A DNA stretch of 64,000 bases from contig NC_081397.1 of assembly GCF_030684315.1 (NCBI RefSeq), positions 10,006,421 through 10,070,420 on the forward strand, in the 5' to 3' direction. Of this stretch, positions 25,236 to 39,129 are shown one piece after another. This DNA comes from Stegostoma tigrinum. Taxonomy: Eukaryota. Both the position numbers and the translations under genes were made by a program. The notes beneath the pieces were generated by a model. That model did no database searches and was not told the DNA's origin. It worked only from the letters and a program-made list of their open reading frames with translations. Every line of letters starts with the position of its first letter. Positions within the stretch are counted from its first letter, which is position 1.

Positions 25236-26804
25236 TTTCGAAATGGGTAGAAGTTTTACAAAGAAGAATCCGTTCATACTTCAGATAATTTACTTTTAAA
25301 ATACACTTATATACGTCAACACCATCTCTCTCTGATTTCCCGGCCGAGTTGAAACCAACTATTTTTGATCTTGAATTCCCCACCACCCCGCGAAAAAACT
25401 TAACATTAAGCGGAAGGGGGAAAGAAAAGCCCGCCGAAAGTTATTCTCTGCACAGATTGAATTTAATTCACATCTACACCCGGATATAATGATAAAAGTG
25501 TCACACAACTGTTTCTTTCTCGTTGAACTCAATACTGCTTTAAACAATATTTTACAATCTCGCTCCCTATTGCACAAGATCAACAATGTTTCTACTTTTG
25601 CGATGCCAGTCCTGCAGCTGTTCTGCTTTTATCTCAGTTCACTTGGAAATTTTTCCGCCGACAGCAGAAAGCCTCATTTATAGCTTTCTGCAAAACCGGA
25701 TAGAACCCGCGGGGAGATTTGACAATAAAACAAAATTCCTCTGCGTGGAAACCGTAGGAAAATACCGGCGCCAAATCATCAACCGTTTTCTGTCCGATTT
25801 GAAAAGCCCGCCAACATGGGCAATACGAGGAAGAGGTTTTACAAGGATTTTTGCGTTAATGCTTACGATTTAATTTCCTTTCAGTTAAAAATGTTCACTT
25901 CACATAATCTCTCTCTGTCACTCCCTAAGCAACACCGTTTCCAGAAAACATTGTAAAATAGCCCTCACTTATTGTGCTGGATCAGTCTTTCCGGACGGAC
26001 TCGGTTCATTTTGAAAGCCTCTCACCGACAGCAGAAAGCCCCACACACTGCAAACTGAAAAAAAATCGGATAAATTCCCTGACAGATTTGGAAATTGAAA
26101 AAGGAATCGCGCGGCATTTCTCTTAATGGGACTCAAATAAGAGATCATAATTTTTCATTGCCACGGGTGAAATCCAGCGTTCATACCCCATTGGGACAAA
26201 TTTGAAAAACCCTCCAACATGTAGGATATAGGGGGGAAAAGTTTCACAAAGAGGAATAAACAGTTTAATTTTTCTTTGAATTTAATTCAATTTCACATTA
26301 CAAGTGCACGCTGATGTATTTCTAAAAACTTACACAACGTTTTTCGGGGTGAACGGGTTAAAACTTGAAACAATAGTTTGAAGTTGCCCTCCCATATTGT
26401 CCTTGAACACAGTTTCACACTTGCGACTGCAATCCTGGCTCTGGCTTTATCGCAGTTCATTTTGAAAGCCTCTCACCGACAGCTGAAATCGTCAATGACA
26501 AGTATCCCCCAACATCTGTTCGTGGGACTCGATCATTCCTGATCAAGGGGTAAATAATAACTGGAACACATAGGAGTTGTTGAAAAAAAAATGACTGAGT
26601 GACGATGAATGTGCTTTCTGCACAGGGAGGGAGGAGAGACTGGGTAGGAAGGCAACCGAAACTAACCGACAGAGGGACAGGGACCGCACGGTAATGTTTA
26701 GAACGTTTGTGTAAACAAAGATAAAGATTAGAGACATTAATTATAGATACCGAGAATCATTTACAAACGAAAAATGGTTCAACTGCTTCATTGAAATTGT
26801 GGGT

Positions 26805-26820
26805 GGCTCTGAAAAGAGCC
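26805..26820 (-). terminator. Histone 3' stem-loop (H2B)
   Basis: Minus strand CCCAAC-GGCTCTTTTCAGAGCC-ACCCA. Confidence 0.97.
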
Positions 26821-26861
26821 GTTGGGTTTTGGATGTGTTTTTCTCAGCACAATGTGGGGTC

Positions 26862-27242
26862 TCACTTGGAGCTGGTGTACTTGGTCACCGCCTTTGTACC
26901 CTCCGACACGGCGTGCTTGGCCAGCTCCCCGGGCAGCAGCAGCCGCACCGCGGTCTGGATCTCCCGGGAGCTGATGGTGCTGCGCTTGTTGTAATGGGCC
27001 AGGCGGGAAGCCTCCCCCGCGATACGCTCGAAAATATCCTTGACGAACGAGTTCATGATGCTCATCGCCTTGGAGGAGATGCCGGTGTCGGGGTGAACCT
27101 GCTTCATCACTTTATAGATGTAGATGGCGTAACTTTCTTTCCTGGATCGTTTCTTTGTCTTGCCGCCTTTCCCCGGCGCCTTCTTGATGATTTTCTTGGC
27201 GCCCTTCTTGGAAGTCGCCTGCGCTTTCTTCTCATCCGGCAT
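26862..27242 (-). CDS. H2B: Histone H2B, 126 aa
   Basis: [14 protein letters not shown]...[27 protein letters not shown]...[12 protein letters not shown] at 27242. Confidence 0.99.
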   Translation of the reverse strand: MPDEKKAQATSKKGAKKIIKKAPGKGGKTKKRSRKESYAIYIYKVMKQVHPDTGISSKAMSIMNSFVKDIFERIAGEASRLAHYNKRSTISSREIQTAVRLLLPGELAKHAVSEGTKAVTKYTSSK

Positions 27243-27295
27243 CGTCACGATCGTTTTCAGACACACAATAAACGGAAGCAGGCTCGGAGCTCGCA

Positions 27296-27408
27296 TTTTA
27301 TAGCCTGACCGCGTCAGCAATGCTAATAAGGGATGGGGGAAAAGTCTTGTTCCTGATTGGGTACTTTACAAGAATGTCACACCATGTGATTAGCCTTTCT
27401 GTGATTGG
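27296..27408 (-). promoter_or_regulatory. H2B promoter: TATA, octamer variant, CCAAT boxes
   Basis: Minus-strand TATAAAA at 27296-27302. ATGCTAATAAG at 27320-27330 (canonical H2B box is ATGCAAATAAG). ATTGG at ~27356 and ~27404. Confidence 0.8.
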
Positions 27409-27819
27409 TTAGTGTGAAACACAAAGTGGGTCTGTTCGGATCGACAACGAAATGTGAAACACAAACCGAAAATTTGTACACGGATCAAATTCCTCGCTCC
27501 CTTGCAGTTGAACTGGTTACTGTCATCCACTAATATTTTGAACACTACCTCCGAGATTTTAATTGTGACAGGGTGTTTTGTTCTGCTCATGGTAATCTTT
27601 TGTGAGTAAAACGTTACCTTGTTTCATCACTAGCTGAGATTTCCTTATTAGGCTGTGGGCAGGATTGTATTGTTCAGACATTCGGGTTTATTGAGGGACA
27701 CTTTGCCGAATATCTGTCAGTCTCTGCATTGTGGGAATGGGAGTGCAGTTCTCGATCTGTCCCTGTCTGTTTAGGCAGTATTATGATGATTATTCTCTCC
27801 TAAATCAGTCCCAGTCATA

Positions 27820-30800
27820 CAGTCCGAGAGATGTACAGGGTCCACCTCGTCCATGGAAAGCAGATATCCGAGATTAATCTAGTTCCATTTACTAGCATTT
27901 GGTCCATATCCCACGAAACACTTCCTATTCATATACTCATCCAGATGCCTTTTAAACGTTGTAGTTGTAAGAGCCTCCAACACTTCTTTTGGCATTCAAC
28001 CCATTCACACACCACTCTGTGTGCAAATATTGCACACCTTTGATTCATTTTAAGTCTTTCCCACTCACTTAAACCCATGCCCTCTCATTTTGCATTCTTC
28101 TATCCTGGGGAAAAGATCTTGATTATGCACCCTTTCCACACCACTAAATTTTATAAACACAGCCTCCAACACTCCAGGCACAGTTTCATCAAGGGAAAGT
28201 CATGCCTGCCAAATCTGCTTAAATTCTTTAAGGAAGTAACAAGCAGGGTAGACCAAGGAGAGCCAATGGATGTTATCTACCTGGGCTTCAAAAAGCCCTT
28301 TGGTAAGCTGCCGCACAGGAGGCTGTTGAGTAACATAAGGGCCCATGGTGCTAGCATGGATAGAAGATTAGCTGCCTGGCAGAAAGCAGAGAGTGGGGAT
28401 AAAAGGCATGCTTTATACATTAATGATCTGGATGAAGGAACTGTTTGCATTCTGACTACGTTTGCAGATGATACAACAATAGGTAGAGTGACAGGTAGTA
28501 TTGAGGTGCTGAGGCTGCAGTATGAATTGGACAGGTTAGGAGAGTGGGCAAAGAAGTGGTAGATGGAGTACAATGTGGGAAAGTGTGAGGTCATGCACTT
28601 GGCTAAGGAGAATAAAAGCATGAGAGATAATGATAACTGCAGATGCTGGAGCATCCGAGATTTTAAAAAAAGTGTGGAGCTGGATGAACACAGCAGACCA
28701 AACAGCATCTCAGGAGCACAAAAGCTGACGTTTTGGGCCTGGACCCTATATCAGAAAAGTGGGAGGGGCAAGAGGGTTCTGAAATAAATAGGGACAGACT
28801 GGGAGGTGGATCAAAGATGGATAGAGGAGGAGATAGGTGGAGGGGAATCGAGAGTTGCAGTGGGGTAGAGATCGCCTGAGGTTTGTCTGGATTCTCCAGC
28901 ATCTGCAGTCACCATTACCTCTGATACAATTTTAACTTCACTGCAAAGCGTCTTCCAGGGATGCCTGACCCGAAGAAGTTACCATCCTCCCTCCAGAATA
29001 AAAGCATAGACTCTTTTCTAAATGGGCAGAAAATTCAGAAGTCTTGCGTGCAAAGAGACTTGGGAGTTCTACTCCAGGAATCTCTCACGGTAAACTCACA
29101 GTTTGAGTCAGTAGTCAGGAAGGCAACTGCAATACTGGCATTTATTTTGCCAGGACTTCAAGGCAGAGATTGACAAATTCTTGATCTCACAAGGAATCAA
29201 GGGCTACAGGGAGAGTGCAGGGAAGTGGAGTTGAAATGCCCAGCTGTGATTTGAATGGTGGAGTGGGCTTGATGGGCTGAATGGCCTTATTCCACTCCTG
29301 TAACTTATGGTCTTGAAGATGTTTAAAAAATAGGATGTGCTTATGAGGCTTTAGAAGACTCGAGTCAGGCCACATTTGAAGTAGCATGTGCAGTTTTGGG
29401 CCTCATATCTCAGGAAGGATGTACTGCCCCTGGAGCAGGTTCAGAGGAGGTTCACGAGAATGGTCCCAGGAATGAAAAGCTGAACATATGAGCAATGTTG
29501 AGGATTCTGGGACTGTACTCTTTGGAGTTTAGAAGGATGATAATCAAAACTTAGACTACTGAATGCCTGGACAGAGTGGATGTTGGGAAGATCCTTCCAT
29601 TGGTAGGAGAGACTAGGACCCAAGGGCACAGCCTTCAAGTAAAGGGAAGACCTTTTAGAACAGAGATAAGGAGAAACTTCTTCAGCCAGAGAGTGCTGAA
29701 TCAATGGAATTCACTGCCACAGAAGGCTGTGGAGCCCGGGTTATTGTGTACATTTAAGGGTGAGATAGATAGGTTTTTGATGATCAAGGGGATCAAGGTT
29801 ATGGGGAGAAGGAAGGAGAATTGGCTTAAGGAGCTTCTCAGCCATGATTGAATGGCGGAGCAGACTTGATGGGCCAAATAGCCTGATTTCGGCTCCTATG
29901 TCTTATGGTCATATAGTAATACAGTTCGGACACAGGCCCTTCCGCCCAAACTGGTTCATGATGACTGTGGTGCCCACTCAGCTGGATCCAACTGCCCACA
30001 TTATATCCCTCTACATCCTTCCCATCCATGTACATGTTCATTTTTTTTTAAGTGTTGATATTGTGCCTGCCTCAACAACTTTCTCTGGCAGCTGATTCCA
30101 CATGTGCTCCACTCTCTCTGTGAAGTTGGTACCCCTCAGGTCCTTCTTAAATTCTTGCCCTCACACCTGAAACCTGTGCCCTCTAGTTTTCAATTCCCCA
30201 TCTGTGGGGGAAAAAAAACAAACACGATATGCATTTATCCGACCTATGGTGCTCATGATTTTATACGTCTGAATAAGGTCACACTTCATTCTCCTACGGT
30301 CCAAGAAATAAAGTCCTACCCTGGCCAACATCTCACTATAACTCAGGACCACTAGTCCTGCATAAATCTTCTTTGAACACTTTGTAGTTGAACTAGGTCT
30401 TTTCTACAACAGGGTGGCCAAAACTGTACACAATACTCCAAGTCTATTCAAAATGCCTCGATCAATGAAGGCCAGCATGCTTCATGGCTTGTTCAGCACC
30501 CTATCCACCTGCGACACTGCGTTAACCAAACTACGTACCTGTACTCCTTGGTCCCTCTGTACCACATCACTACTCAGGACGTTACCATTTGCTGTAAAAG
30601 GCTTACTGTAGTTTGACATTCCAAAGTGCAACACCTCAAACCTATCTGCATTGAATTGCATTTTCCAATCCTTAGCCCACTTCCCCATCTAATCAAGATC
30701 CCTCTGTAATTTTCGATAACCTTCCCCACTATGAACGATACTGCCTAACATTGCATCATCTGTAAGCTTACTAATCATGCTTTGCACATTCACATCCAGA

Positions 30801-30955
30801 TCATTTATGTCAATAACAAATAACAAAGGTCCCAGCACCAATCCCTGTGGCACACCACAAGTCACAGGCCTCCAGTCCGAGAAACAATCTTCAACTGTCA
30901 CCCTCTGCTTTGTACCATCAAGCCAATTTTGAATCCAATGAGCTAGCTTTCCCTG
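27820..30955. mobile_element. Nested CR1 fragments (27820-28170 -, 28180-29905 +, 29910-30955 -)
   Basis: KGKSCL.NLL.FF.EVT, YINDLDEG, FADDT, GVPQG.VLGPLLF.I.INDLD, RRNFFSQRV. Confidence 0.9.
28622..28994. mobile_element. PLE pLTR-derived insertion inside CR1, partly inverted, 13-bp TSD
   Basis: TSD AGAATAAAAGCAT at 28609-28621 and 28995-29007. Decayed hammerhead at 28727-28754 (-). Confidence 0.85.
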
Positions 30956-31690
30956 TTCAAGTGAGCCACAACACACTGCAGCATCCCGGAGTTTCATAAA
31001 GCCAAAGAAGAACACAGATAGTGTCTTTAGAAATGACAGTTACTCAAAATGCATTGTTCGCAGATGCTACACAACTGATGGCAACAGGAAGACGCAACAC
31101 ATCCAGTGATAGTAGTCACCAGACTCTGTACTGAGGGTGTGAAATAACCACCAGGTAACTCTACCCTGTAAGCATCATGATAGCCCACGAAGTGACAGCC
31201 GCTGTTGAGAATGAAGGGTCCAACATTCACAATTAGCAGAACCAATGCGATTTACAAGCTACCATGCAAATACTGCCAAATACCTTCCCTAAGGCAAACT
31301 GGTAGGAAACCCGCCATCAGGATTCATGGACATCAACTCGCTGCCAAAAGCCATGGCCAACTATCACTCACCTTAATGCACATGGATAAAGAGGGACACC
31401 AATTTGACTGGGACAACGTAGCCATCAGAGGACATCCCAACCAAAGACATGCACAAGAATTCAAACTAGAACTCCATTAACAAACATGTCCAGCTGGACA
31501 CCACACACCAACCACTAAGAAACCAATCTGGAAGTGATGCTCACCACCCCGGCAAACTGAGGCACATAAATAGCAAGAAGGACAGAATACCAACGTTTCA
31601 TTCACGGTGCACTGATGATGTTGTGTAGCATGGTGATGAAATGTCTGTGAACAAACTTACAAGCTCAGTGAGCAAGTCAACAGCAGCGTA
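30955..31690 (+). mobile_element. Penelope-like element (Poseidon-type) GIY-YIG fragment with pLTR
   Basis: RTNAIYKLPCKYC...RQTGRKPAIRIHGHQLA...GHQFDWDNV. Decayed CTGATGA...GAAATGTC motif at 31612-31645. Confidence 0.8.
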
Positions 31691-31734
31691 TTTAATGAAC
31701 TGACCCTGACATTTCCTGCAAGGCAAGTGTGAAA

Positions 31735-32420
31735 GTGATTATTAATATGTATCTGTCAATTTCCGCAATTTGACTGTCACTGTGATCAAACTCTGTCAGT
31801 TTCCACTTGGTGGCCATGTGAGTGCAGTTGTCAATAAGGATGTGTCAGATTCCACTCTGTGAATGAGAGTAATTATCAAACTGTACCTGTCTGTCAGATT
31901 ATGCTGTGTGTAACTGGGAAGGCTGATACCAGCATATGCAGTTCTTGCTGTGTCCAAGGTTATTATCAATCTGTTCCTGTCAAGTTCGTCCATTTGGATA
32001 CGTGCATGTAAGCAATGTGCACCTATAATTTGCTTCTCTGTCAATTTGCGAGTCCAGTTACCAAGATGTACCTGTGAGAACCTACTCTGAATATTTGAGT
32101 ACAGTCAGCAATCCGTGCATGTCTCTCCGTGGATTTGTGATTGCAGTTCTAAGTTTGTACCTGTCACTTTATGCTCTGTGACATTGGGAGTGTTATCATC
32201 AATATATTTCTGCAAGTTTCAGTCTCTGTGAATGCGAGTTCAGTAATTAGTATGTGCATAATAGTTTCTATTTTGTGGCTATGTGAACATTTTTAATTCA
32301 CCTTTTACTTGCAGTTTCTGAAGTATCAATACGGTCAAATACCACTTTTTTTGTCTGACCCTGCAATACGAATGTGTGAGGTTAGGTATCCATGTGTACT
32401 GATCACTTTCTACACCTGAA
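31735..32420. repeat. Degenerate ~48-bp tandem repeat array
   Basis: Same consensus as 12475-14140. Confidence 0.8.
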
Positions 32421-32780
32421 AGTGGATTAGGATTGAGGCAGCCAAAAATATTATCCGTGGAAGCGTGATTCATTATGTGGAGTTGATATCAGAGTAATTC
32501 TATGCAGATTTCCTTCAAGTCCTGAGGGTATACTTTGGATAAGGATTCAGTCTACCCATCTTCAAAAATGGTGTAAATGTCAATGGGTTATGTTAGGCGA
32601 AATCTGTTTGAACTGGGTATTTTGAATGGAGAGAGAAGCAAAATAAAGTGGCATTCCTCCGTGTTGTCTTATTGTCGGTTTGAACGTGTCTGACTGGAAA
32701 TTAAAGCTCAATGTGTGTCTGACTCAATCTGCTCCGTGACTGTGGAAAGGATGTTCTCTGCTGTGACAGTGGGAACATAC

Positions 32781-32862
32781 CTGCTGTTTGTTAGGAGGAG
32801 CTGGTCACACTTGGCTTTGTACTGAAGAAATGATACATTGCCTTGTTCCTTCAAGCATTTGT
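32781..32862 (-). other. 82-nt exon-like element of the multi-copy spliced unit
   Basis: TTTTTTCCTTACTGCAG|ACAAATGCTTGAAGGAAC...AACAGCAG|GTATGT. Open frame KCLKEQGNVSFLQYKAKCDQLLLTNS. Confidence 0.55.
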
Positions 32863-34712
32863 CTGCAGTAAGGAAAAAAACAGATAGCTCCTGTAAACCG
32901 TCATCAGATGGGTTTGAAAACATTAAACTGATCAATTCAACATTTAGCTAATAAACATTCAGATATTCAAATTATCACCAGGAATTCTAACAGAACTGTG
33001 GGTCTGATTGCACTCTTGCCCTGAGCTGCACTACATTTGATCAATTTTTAAAACTTCAACTCTAATTGAGTGATGCACAGAAAGTAACCAACACCCGTAC
33101 AGCTCCATGACTGGAACTACCTAATGCAAGCTTGTCTGTGCATATGAGTTTAGTTACTGATCCATTCATGTCAGTTGCTACCTGTTGAATGTGTGAGTGT
33201 AGTTATCAATGTGTCCCTCTAAATCTTTGGCAAATTATTTCTGTATTACACAGCAGAGACTGACAGGGAAACATTGGTCCAGGCCAATCATTGTAAAAAT
33301 GGTACAGAACAGAAGGAGGTCATTTGGTGCATCATGTCCATGCTGACCGAAACACCCCCAGATGGCCATCACAATCACATTTTCCTGCACACATCCCATA
33401 GCCCTGCAGGTTTCATTCTATTATCCTTCAGAACTTGGTCCATATGTGACAGACCATCAAAAGAGGAGAGCCAGATTATTTTGTGAAGAATTTGGAAACT
33501 AAAATTTAACACTGAGGACCATTGGGTGAGTACCCAGGTTTTAGTTCATGAGATTTTTTTTTGAAAAGAACCGTTGTTATGGAACAAGATGGACAGCCAC
33601 ACTCCATTGATCCTTCAATCTTCCAGCATGCGAAAACTGAGCATTTTAAATGTTTCATGTAAAGTGGAAAGCCAGTTACCATTCAAATTATTTTTTTAAA
33701 AATAAATGTCCATGATTATAAAATCTTCTGGCTTACAACAGAACAAACAAAAAAATCTAGTTCCACAAGATGAAGAATTCGAGAACAATCCTACGATAAA
33801 AGGTGGAGATGGTAGTTCCCCTGCCACCGTGATACATTTATGGAAATTGAATGCTGGCTGAATGGATGTAATTATTGGCTTGTTGTTTCTCAGCAGTGCT
33901 GGCTTGGAGAGACAGGACTGTTTGCTGTGCTGTAGTTGTCTATGACTAGATATGTGTGAGTGATAATCATTTTGTACAGATCATGTTTCTGTTAGCTGGA
34001 ATTTAAATGGAACTCCATAGCTGTTAGTCCTTGGATCACATCTTTAGTTGTGATGTCTGTATTTTGAACTAGTTCTGAGTCAGTCAGTACCTGTATCTGT
34101 CAGTCCATCCACACGGAAACAAAGCTGAGTCATATTACAGGTCCCGTCGCACTTCCTCCGAACAAAGGTTCAACTTCAGAACATTCATTTCCGTACTCAT
34201 ATGCTGATAGACTTGCTGAGATTTTGCAGCAATTTCTACTTTTGTTTCTGATTTCCAGCATCTGCAGTTTTTCCCATTTGTCAGGCACATGTGTTTGAAG
34301 TTCGCATGATTTATTTGTTACGTTTATGTATTGGATAACTATTTATCAAAGGAACAATTCTGTCCCAATCAGTTACTGGTAAACTAAAATGAAGTGTCAC
34401 TCTCAACACAAAACCAAAGTTGTTGGAAAAGTTCAGCGGCCCTGGAGGCATCTGTACATGCAGTTATCAAATTACACTTGCTGGTTTCTGTGATGTGAAT
34501 ATATGAATGTAATAATCAATTTATACCTGACAGTTTCTGTGGCATGAATATTTAAATACAGTTATCATTCTGCCCCTGTCAGTTTCTTCTATGTGAATGT
34601 AATCATCAATCCTTACCTGTCAATTTCAGCTTTTGTCAATATGTGAGCATAGTTATCATTCTGTCCTTGTCAGATTCTGCTCTGCTTATGAGTGTAATTA
34701 TCACATTTTACA

Positions 34713-34752
34713 CAGTTCTGAGGAAGCATCACCAGACCTGAAACATTAACTG
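34713..34752 (+). ncRNA. Hammerhead-like motif, second family (CTGAGGA type), partly decayed
   Basis: CAGTT-CTGAGGA-AGCATCACCAGACCT-GAAACATT-AACTG has a 5-bp helix I (CAGTT/AACTG) but a mutated helix II. Confidence 0.55.
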
Positions 34753-35614
34753 ATTTTCTCTTCATAGATGCTACCAGACCTGCTGAGCTTTTCCTGCATG
34801 TTCTCTTTTTGCTCCTGATTTACAGCATCCACAATTCTTTTGTCTTTTTTATATCAGATTTTACCTTTCAGTTTCTGCAAATTGAATGTGTGAATCCAGT
34901 TGTCAATCCGTATAAGTTTCTGCTCTTCAATGAGTGTAGTTATCAATTTTCTCTGTCAAATTCTGCTTTGTAAATAACTAAGTATAGTTATCTCTTTGTT
35001 CTTTGCATATCGATAACTACGCTCTTGCATTCACGTATCAGAAAATGGAAGGGACAATGACAATTATGCACACATTCAGAATGCAAAAAAACTGACAGGT
35101 ACAGATTGATAAATGTATGCACACATTATAAACATGTCGAGATTGAGATGAAAGAAATGACATAAATGGATCAATAACTAAACTCATATGCACAGACAAG
35201 CTTGCATTAGGTAGTTCCAGTCATGGAGCTGTATGGGTATCAGTTACTTTCTGTGCATCACTCAGTTAGAGTTGAAGTTTTTAAAATTGATCAAATGTAG
35301 TGCAGCTCAGGGCTAGAGTGCAATCAGACCCACAGTTCTGTTCGAATTCCTGGTGATAATTTAAATATCTGAATGTTTATTCGCTCAATGTTGAATTGAT
35401 CAGTTAAATGTTTTCAAACCCATCTGATGATGGTTTACAGGAGCTGTTTCTTTTGTGTCAGTTTTTGCTACGTGCTAGCATGAGCGTATTTACCAATCTG
35501 TAACTTTCAGTTTCTCCCGTGTGTATCTGACAGTGTAGTTATTACTCTGTTATAACAAGGCACAGAGCTGGATGAACACAGCACGCTAAGTAGCATCAGA
35601 GGAACAGGAAAGCT

Positions 35615-35642
35615 GATGTTTCGGGCCTGAGCCCTTCTTCAG
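35615..35642 (-). ncRNA. Minimal hammerhead motif on a ~95-bp pLTR fragment
   Basis: CTGAAGA-A-GGGC-TCAG-GCCC-GAAACATC has a perfect helix II. ACGT has decayed to ACAT (CpG-type change). Confidence 0.65.
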
Positions 35643-36300
35643 AAAATTGTGAATGTGTGAATACATTTATCATACTTTGCCCGTCAGTTTCAGCTAGACC
35701 AATGAATGAATGAATGTAGTTGTCAATCTGTCCCTGTCAGTATGTGAAATCTGAATATTCAAATGTGTTTGTGTAATTGTCAGTCTATACCTGATACATT
35801 CATCGAGCAGAAACTGAGGTTTTGTTTTCAATATATTCCTGTCAGTTTCTGCTTGGGGAATGTGCGCGCATTTTAATAAACCTGCCCCTATCAGCTTCCA
35901 TATCATCAAGGCAGGAATTTAATTATTAATCTGTACCTGTTAACTTTGGTTTTGTGAAGAACTGGGTGTAGTTATCGAATTGTATTTGTCAGTAGCTGCC
36001 ACGTGTAGATGTGAGTGTAATTATCAAGCTGTCCCTCTCAGTTTCTGCTGTGTCATATGAGTTTAGTTGTCAATCAATACCCATCCATTCCTGCTTCATG
36101 AATTTGGGAGTGCGTTGCAAAAAAAATGTGAAATTTCTGTGAATGTGCAAATGTAGATCACAATCTCTACATTTTGATAATGTGTGCACACATTTATCAA
36201 TCTGTACCCGTCAGTTATTTTGCATTCTGAATGTGTGCATAATTGTCATTGTCCCTGTCGTTTTCTGATACGTGAAGACAAGAGTGTAGTTATCGATATA

Positions 36301-37357
36301 CAAAGAATAAAGAGAAGAAAGAAAATTACAGCACAGGAAAATGCCCTTCCGCCCTCCAAGCCTGTGCCGATCGAGATCCTCTGTCTAACCTGTCATCTAT
36401 TTTCTAAGGGTCTGTATCCCTTTGCTCCCTGCCCATGCAGATACCTGTCCAAATATATCTTAAAAGATGCTAACGTGTCTGCGTCTACTACCTCCGCTGG
36501 CAACGCATTCGAGGCACCCACCACCCTCTGTGTAAAGAACTTTCCACGCATATCTCCTTTAACCTTTCATCCTCTCACTTTGAACTCATGACCCTAGTAA
36601 TTGAGTCCCCAACTCTGGGAAAAAGCTTCTTGCTATCCACCCTGTCTATATCCCTCATGATTTTGTCGACCTCAATCAGAGCCCTGCCTCACTCTCCATC
36701 TTTCTAATGAAAATAATCCTAATCTACTCAACCTCTCTTCATAGCGAGCACCCTCCATACTAGGCAACAGCCTGGTGAACATCCCCTGCACCCTCTCAAA
36801 CCATCCGCATTCTTTTGGTAATGTGGCGACCAGAACTGTACACAGTATTCTAAATGTGGCTGAACTAAAGTCTTATACAACTGTAACATGACCTGCCAAC
36901 TCTTGTACTCAATACCCCGTCCGATGAAGGAAAGCATGCCATATGCCTTCTTGACCATGCTATTGACCTGCGTTGCCACCTTCAGGGAACAATGTACCTG
37001 AACACCCAGATCTCTCTGTTCATCAATTTTCCCTAGGACTTTTCCATTTACTGTATAGTACGCCTTGAATTCGATCTTCCAAAATGCATCACCTCGCATT
37101 TGCCCGGATTGAACTCCATCTGCCCACCTCTCCAGTCTATTTATATTCTGCAGTCATCTCTGACAGTCTCCTTCACTATCTGCTACTCCACCAATCTTAG
37201 TGTCATCTGCAAACTTGCTGATCAGACCACCTACACCTTCCTCCAGATCATTTACGTATATCACGAACAACAGTGGTCCCAGCACAGATCCCTGTGGAAC
37301 ACGACTGGTCACCGGTCTCCAATTTGAGAAACTCCCTTCTACTACTACTCTCTGCCT
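36301..37357 (-). mobile_element. Relatively young 5'-truncated CR1 LINE
   Basis: [38 protein letters not shown] and LEYCVQFWSPHY. CAAAGAA-type tail at 36301. Confidence 0.93.
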
Positions 37358-39047
37358 CAATGATATGTGATTGTCACTTTCTACTCTATGGCTGTGAGAG
37401 TATTTTCTCATTTCTGCCAGTCAGATCCTGCCCTGTAAATCTAAGAAACTAATTATTAAGCTATACCTGTCACTATCTGAGTTGTAAATGCATTTATCAT
37501 TCTCTCCCTGTCAAGTTTCTGCTGTGTGAATGTGCAAGTGAAGTTATCGATCTGTGACTGTCAGTTTCAACTGAATATTGCACTTTCAGCATCTGCAGGT
37601 TTTCTTTGATTTTCAAATATCTGCTCATTAACATGAATAAGATTTTATCTGCAGCTATGTAAGGTGCTGTAAGTGAAACCGTCAGTGATTATACAATTTG
37701 CTAACCCTCGCAGTGAGGCTGAAGTTTGAGTATGTTCCACAATATTCATTCTATGGTACAGTTTAAGTTTTATTCTAATATTGGTCAGTCTCTGGTTTGA
37801 ATGTGTTGAGTTTAATGTGCACATTTTTGTTGCAAGTTCACTGTACGAATCATTCTTAATTGTAAGTCAAAAAACTTGGTATCTGATTGAATATATGTTG
37901 TTTTCTGTCTGTTTTCAGGTCAACATTTAATTTCCTTCAGGTAGATTTAAAACTTTATATTCAGCAGTGGGTTCTGCTATTCAGTTTGTGGCTCAAACAG
38001 ATTCAATGGCAATATAGGTTTCAATCTGACACTTGTCCTGATATGCAATTCCTCCGGTTTGTACAAAAGGAAAAAAAAACTTTAGTTACCTCTCTCAGTC
38101 TAAGACACGGTGAGATATTTGGAGGTACAATGAATCTCTTGTTCAATCTACTACTTGGACTACTTCATGGGAATTCAGTATGTCAAAAAATTCACACAAT
38201 TTTTTTTGATGATGTCGCAAACAATTGATACTTAATTTATGACCATGGCCATTACCATGTAGTTAAATCCTACAGGGAGTGCATGGAGATTGGAGAACTG
38301 AGCTCACTTTTTGTTCTGTTTGTCTCTTTCATAGAAGGCTAGCTCTCTGACCTGAAATCTGAGAGTAGAAATCATTTTTAGTGTTACATGTGCTGAGGCT
38401 TGAAGTGTACATGGTCTTCATGGCTATTAGATGTTGAGGAATGTGTGTTGGAACGGTGCACGTGTGTATTTGGAATACATTGTAAATCACTCGGTAGGTT
38501 GGTGTGCGTGCGTGTGCGTGTGTACACATGTGCAGTTTATGTTATGTGCTCTCAGTAGCCATTTTATGTCACACATTTGGAAGTCACATTATTTAATTGT
38601 TCTCTCTATGCCTGGGACATCAATTTGTCAAAACATAGACACAGTCCTGATCAGTTACTGATAATGTGAATGTTTTCTTCCATATCTGTACTCACACTGT
38701 GCAAAGTAACTGTGTAACTGCATGAACTATTTCTTCACCTTGACAGTAATTTTAAAAACCTGCTTACTAAATGCAGATTTACTGCAGTTCCTCGGTGTCC
38801 GTATCAGATGAGGATTCAGTCTGTGACTTTTCAAAAATGTCATAAATGTCAGTAGGCTACGAATGAAGAAAATTATAGCAACCGAGGAGGTGTGCATTGG
38901 GAAGAGAGAAAACAAACTACTTGTATTTCGTTGCTTGTATTTGACTGTTGGCTTGAATGCATTTCTCTGGAAATTGAGTTCAACGTGTCTCTGACTCAAA
39001 CTGCTCTTTGCCTGTGGAAATGATGCATTCTGACAGCGGTAACATAC

Positions 39048-39129
39048 CTGCTGTTTGTGAGAAGCAGCTGCTCACACTTGGCTTTGCACCAAGGAAATGA
39101 TACTTTGTCTTGGTCCTTCATGTATTTGC
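39048..39129 (-). other. 82-nt exon-like element of the multi-copy spliced unit
   Basis: CTTCTGTTTTCATCCAG|GCAAATACATGAAGGACC...AACAGCAG|GTATGT. Open frame KYMKDQDKVSFPWCKAKCEQLLLTNS. Confidence 0.55.

Larger units (their letters stand above)
34455..37575. repeat. Degenerate ~48-bp tandem repeat array, interrupted by insertions
   Basis: Same consensus. Interrupted at 34710-34850, 34991-35445, 35553-35646 and 36301-37357. Confidence 0.85.
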
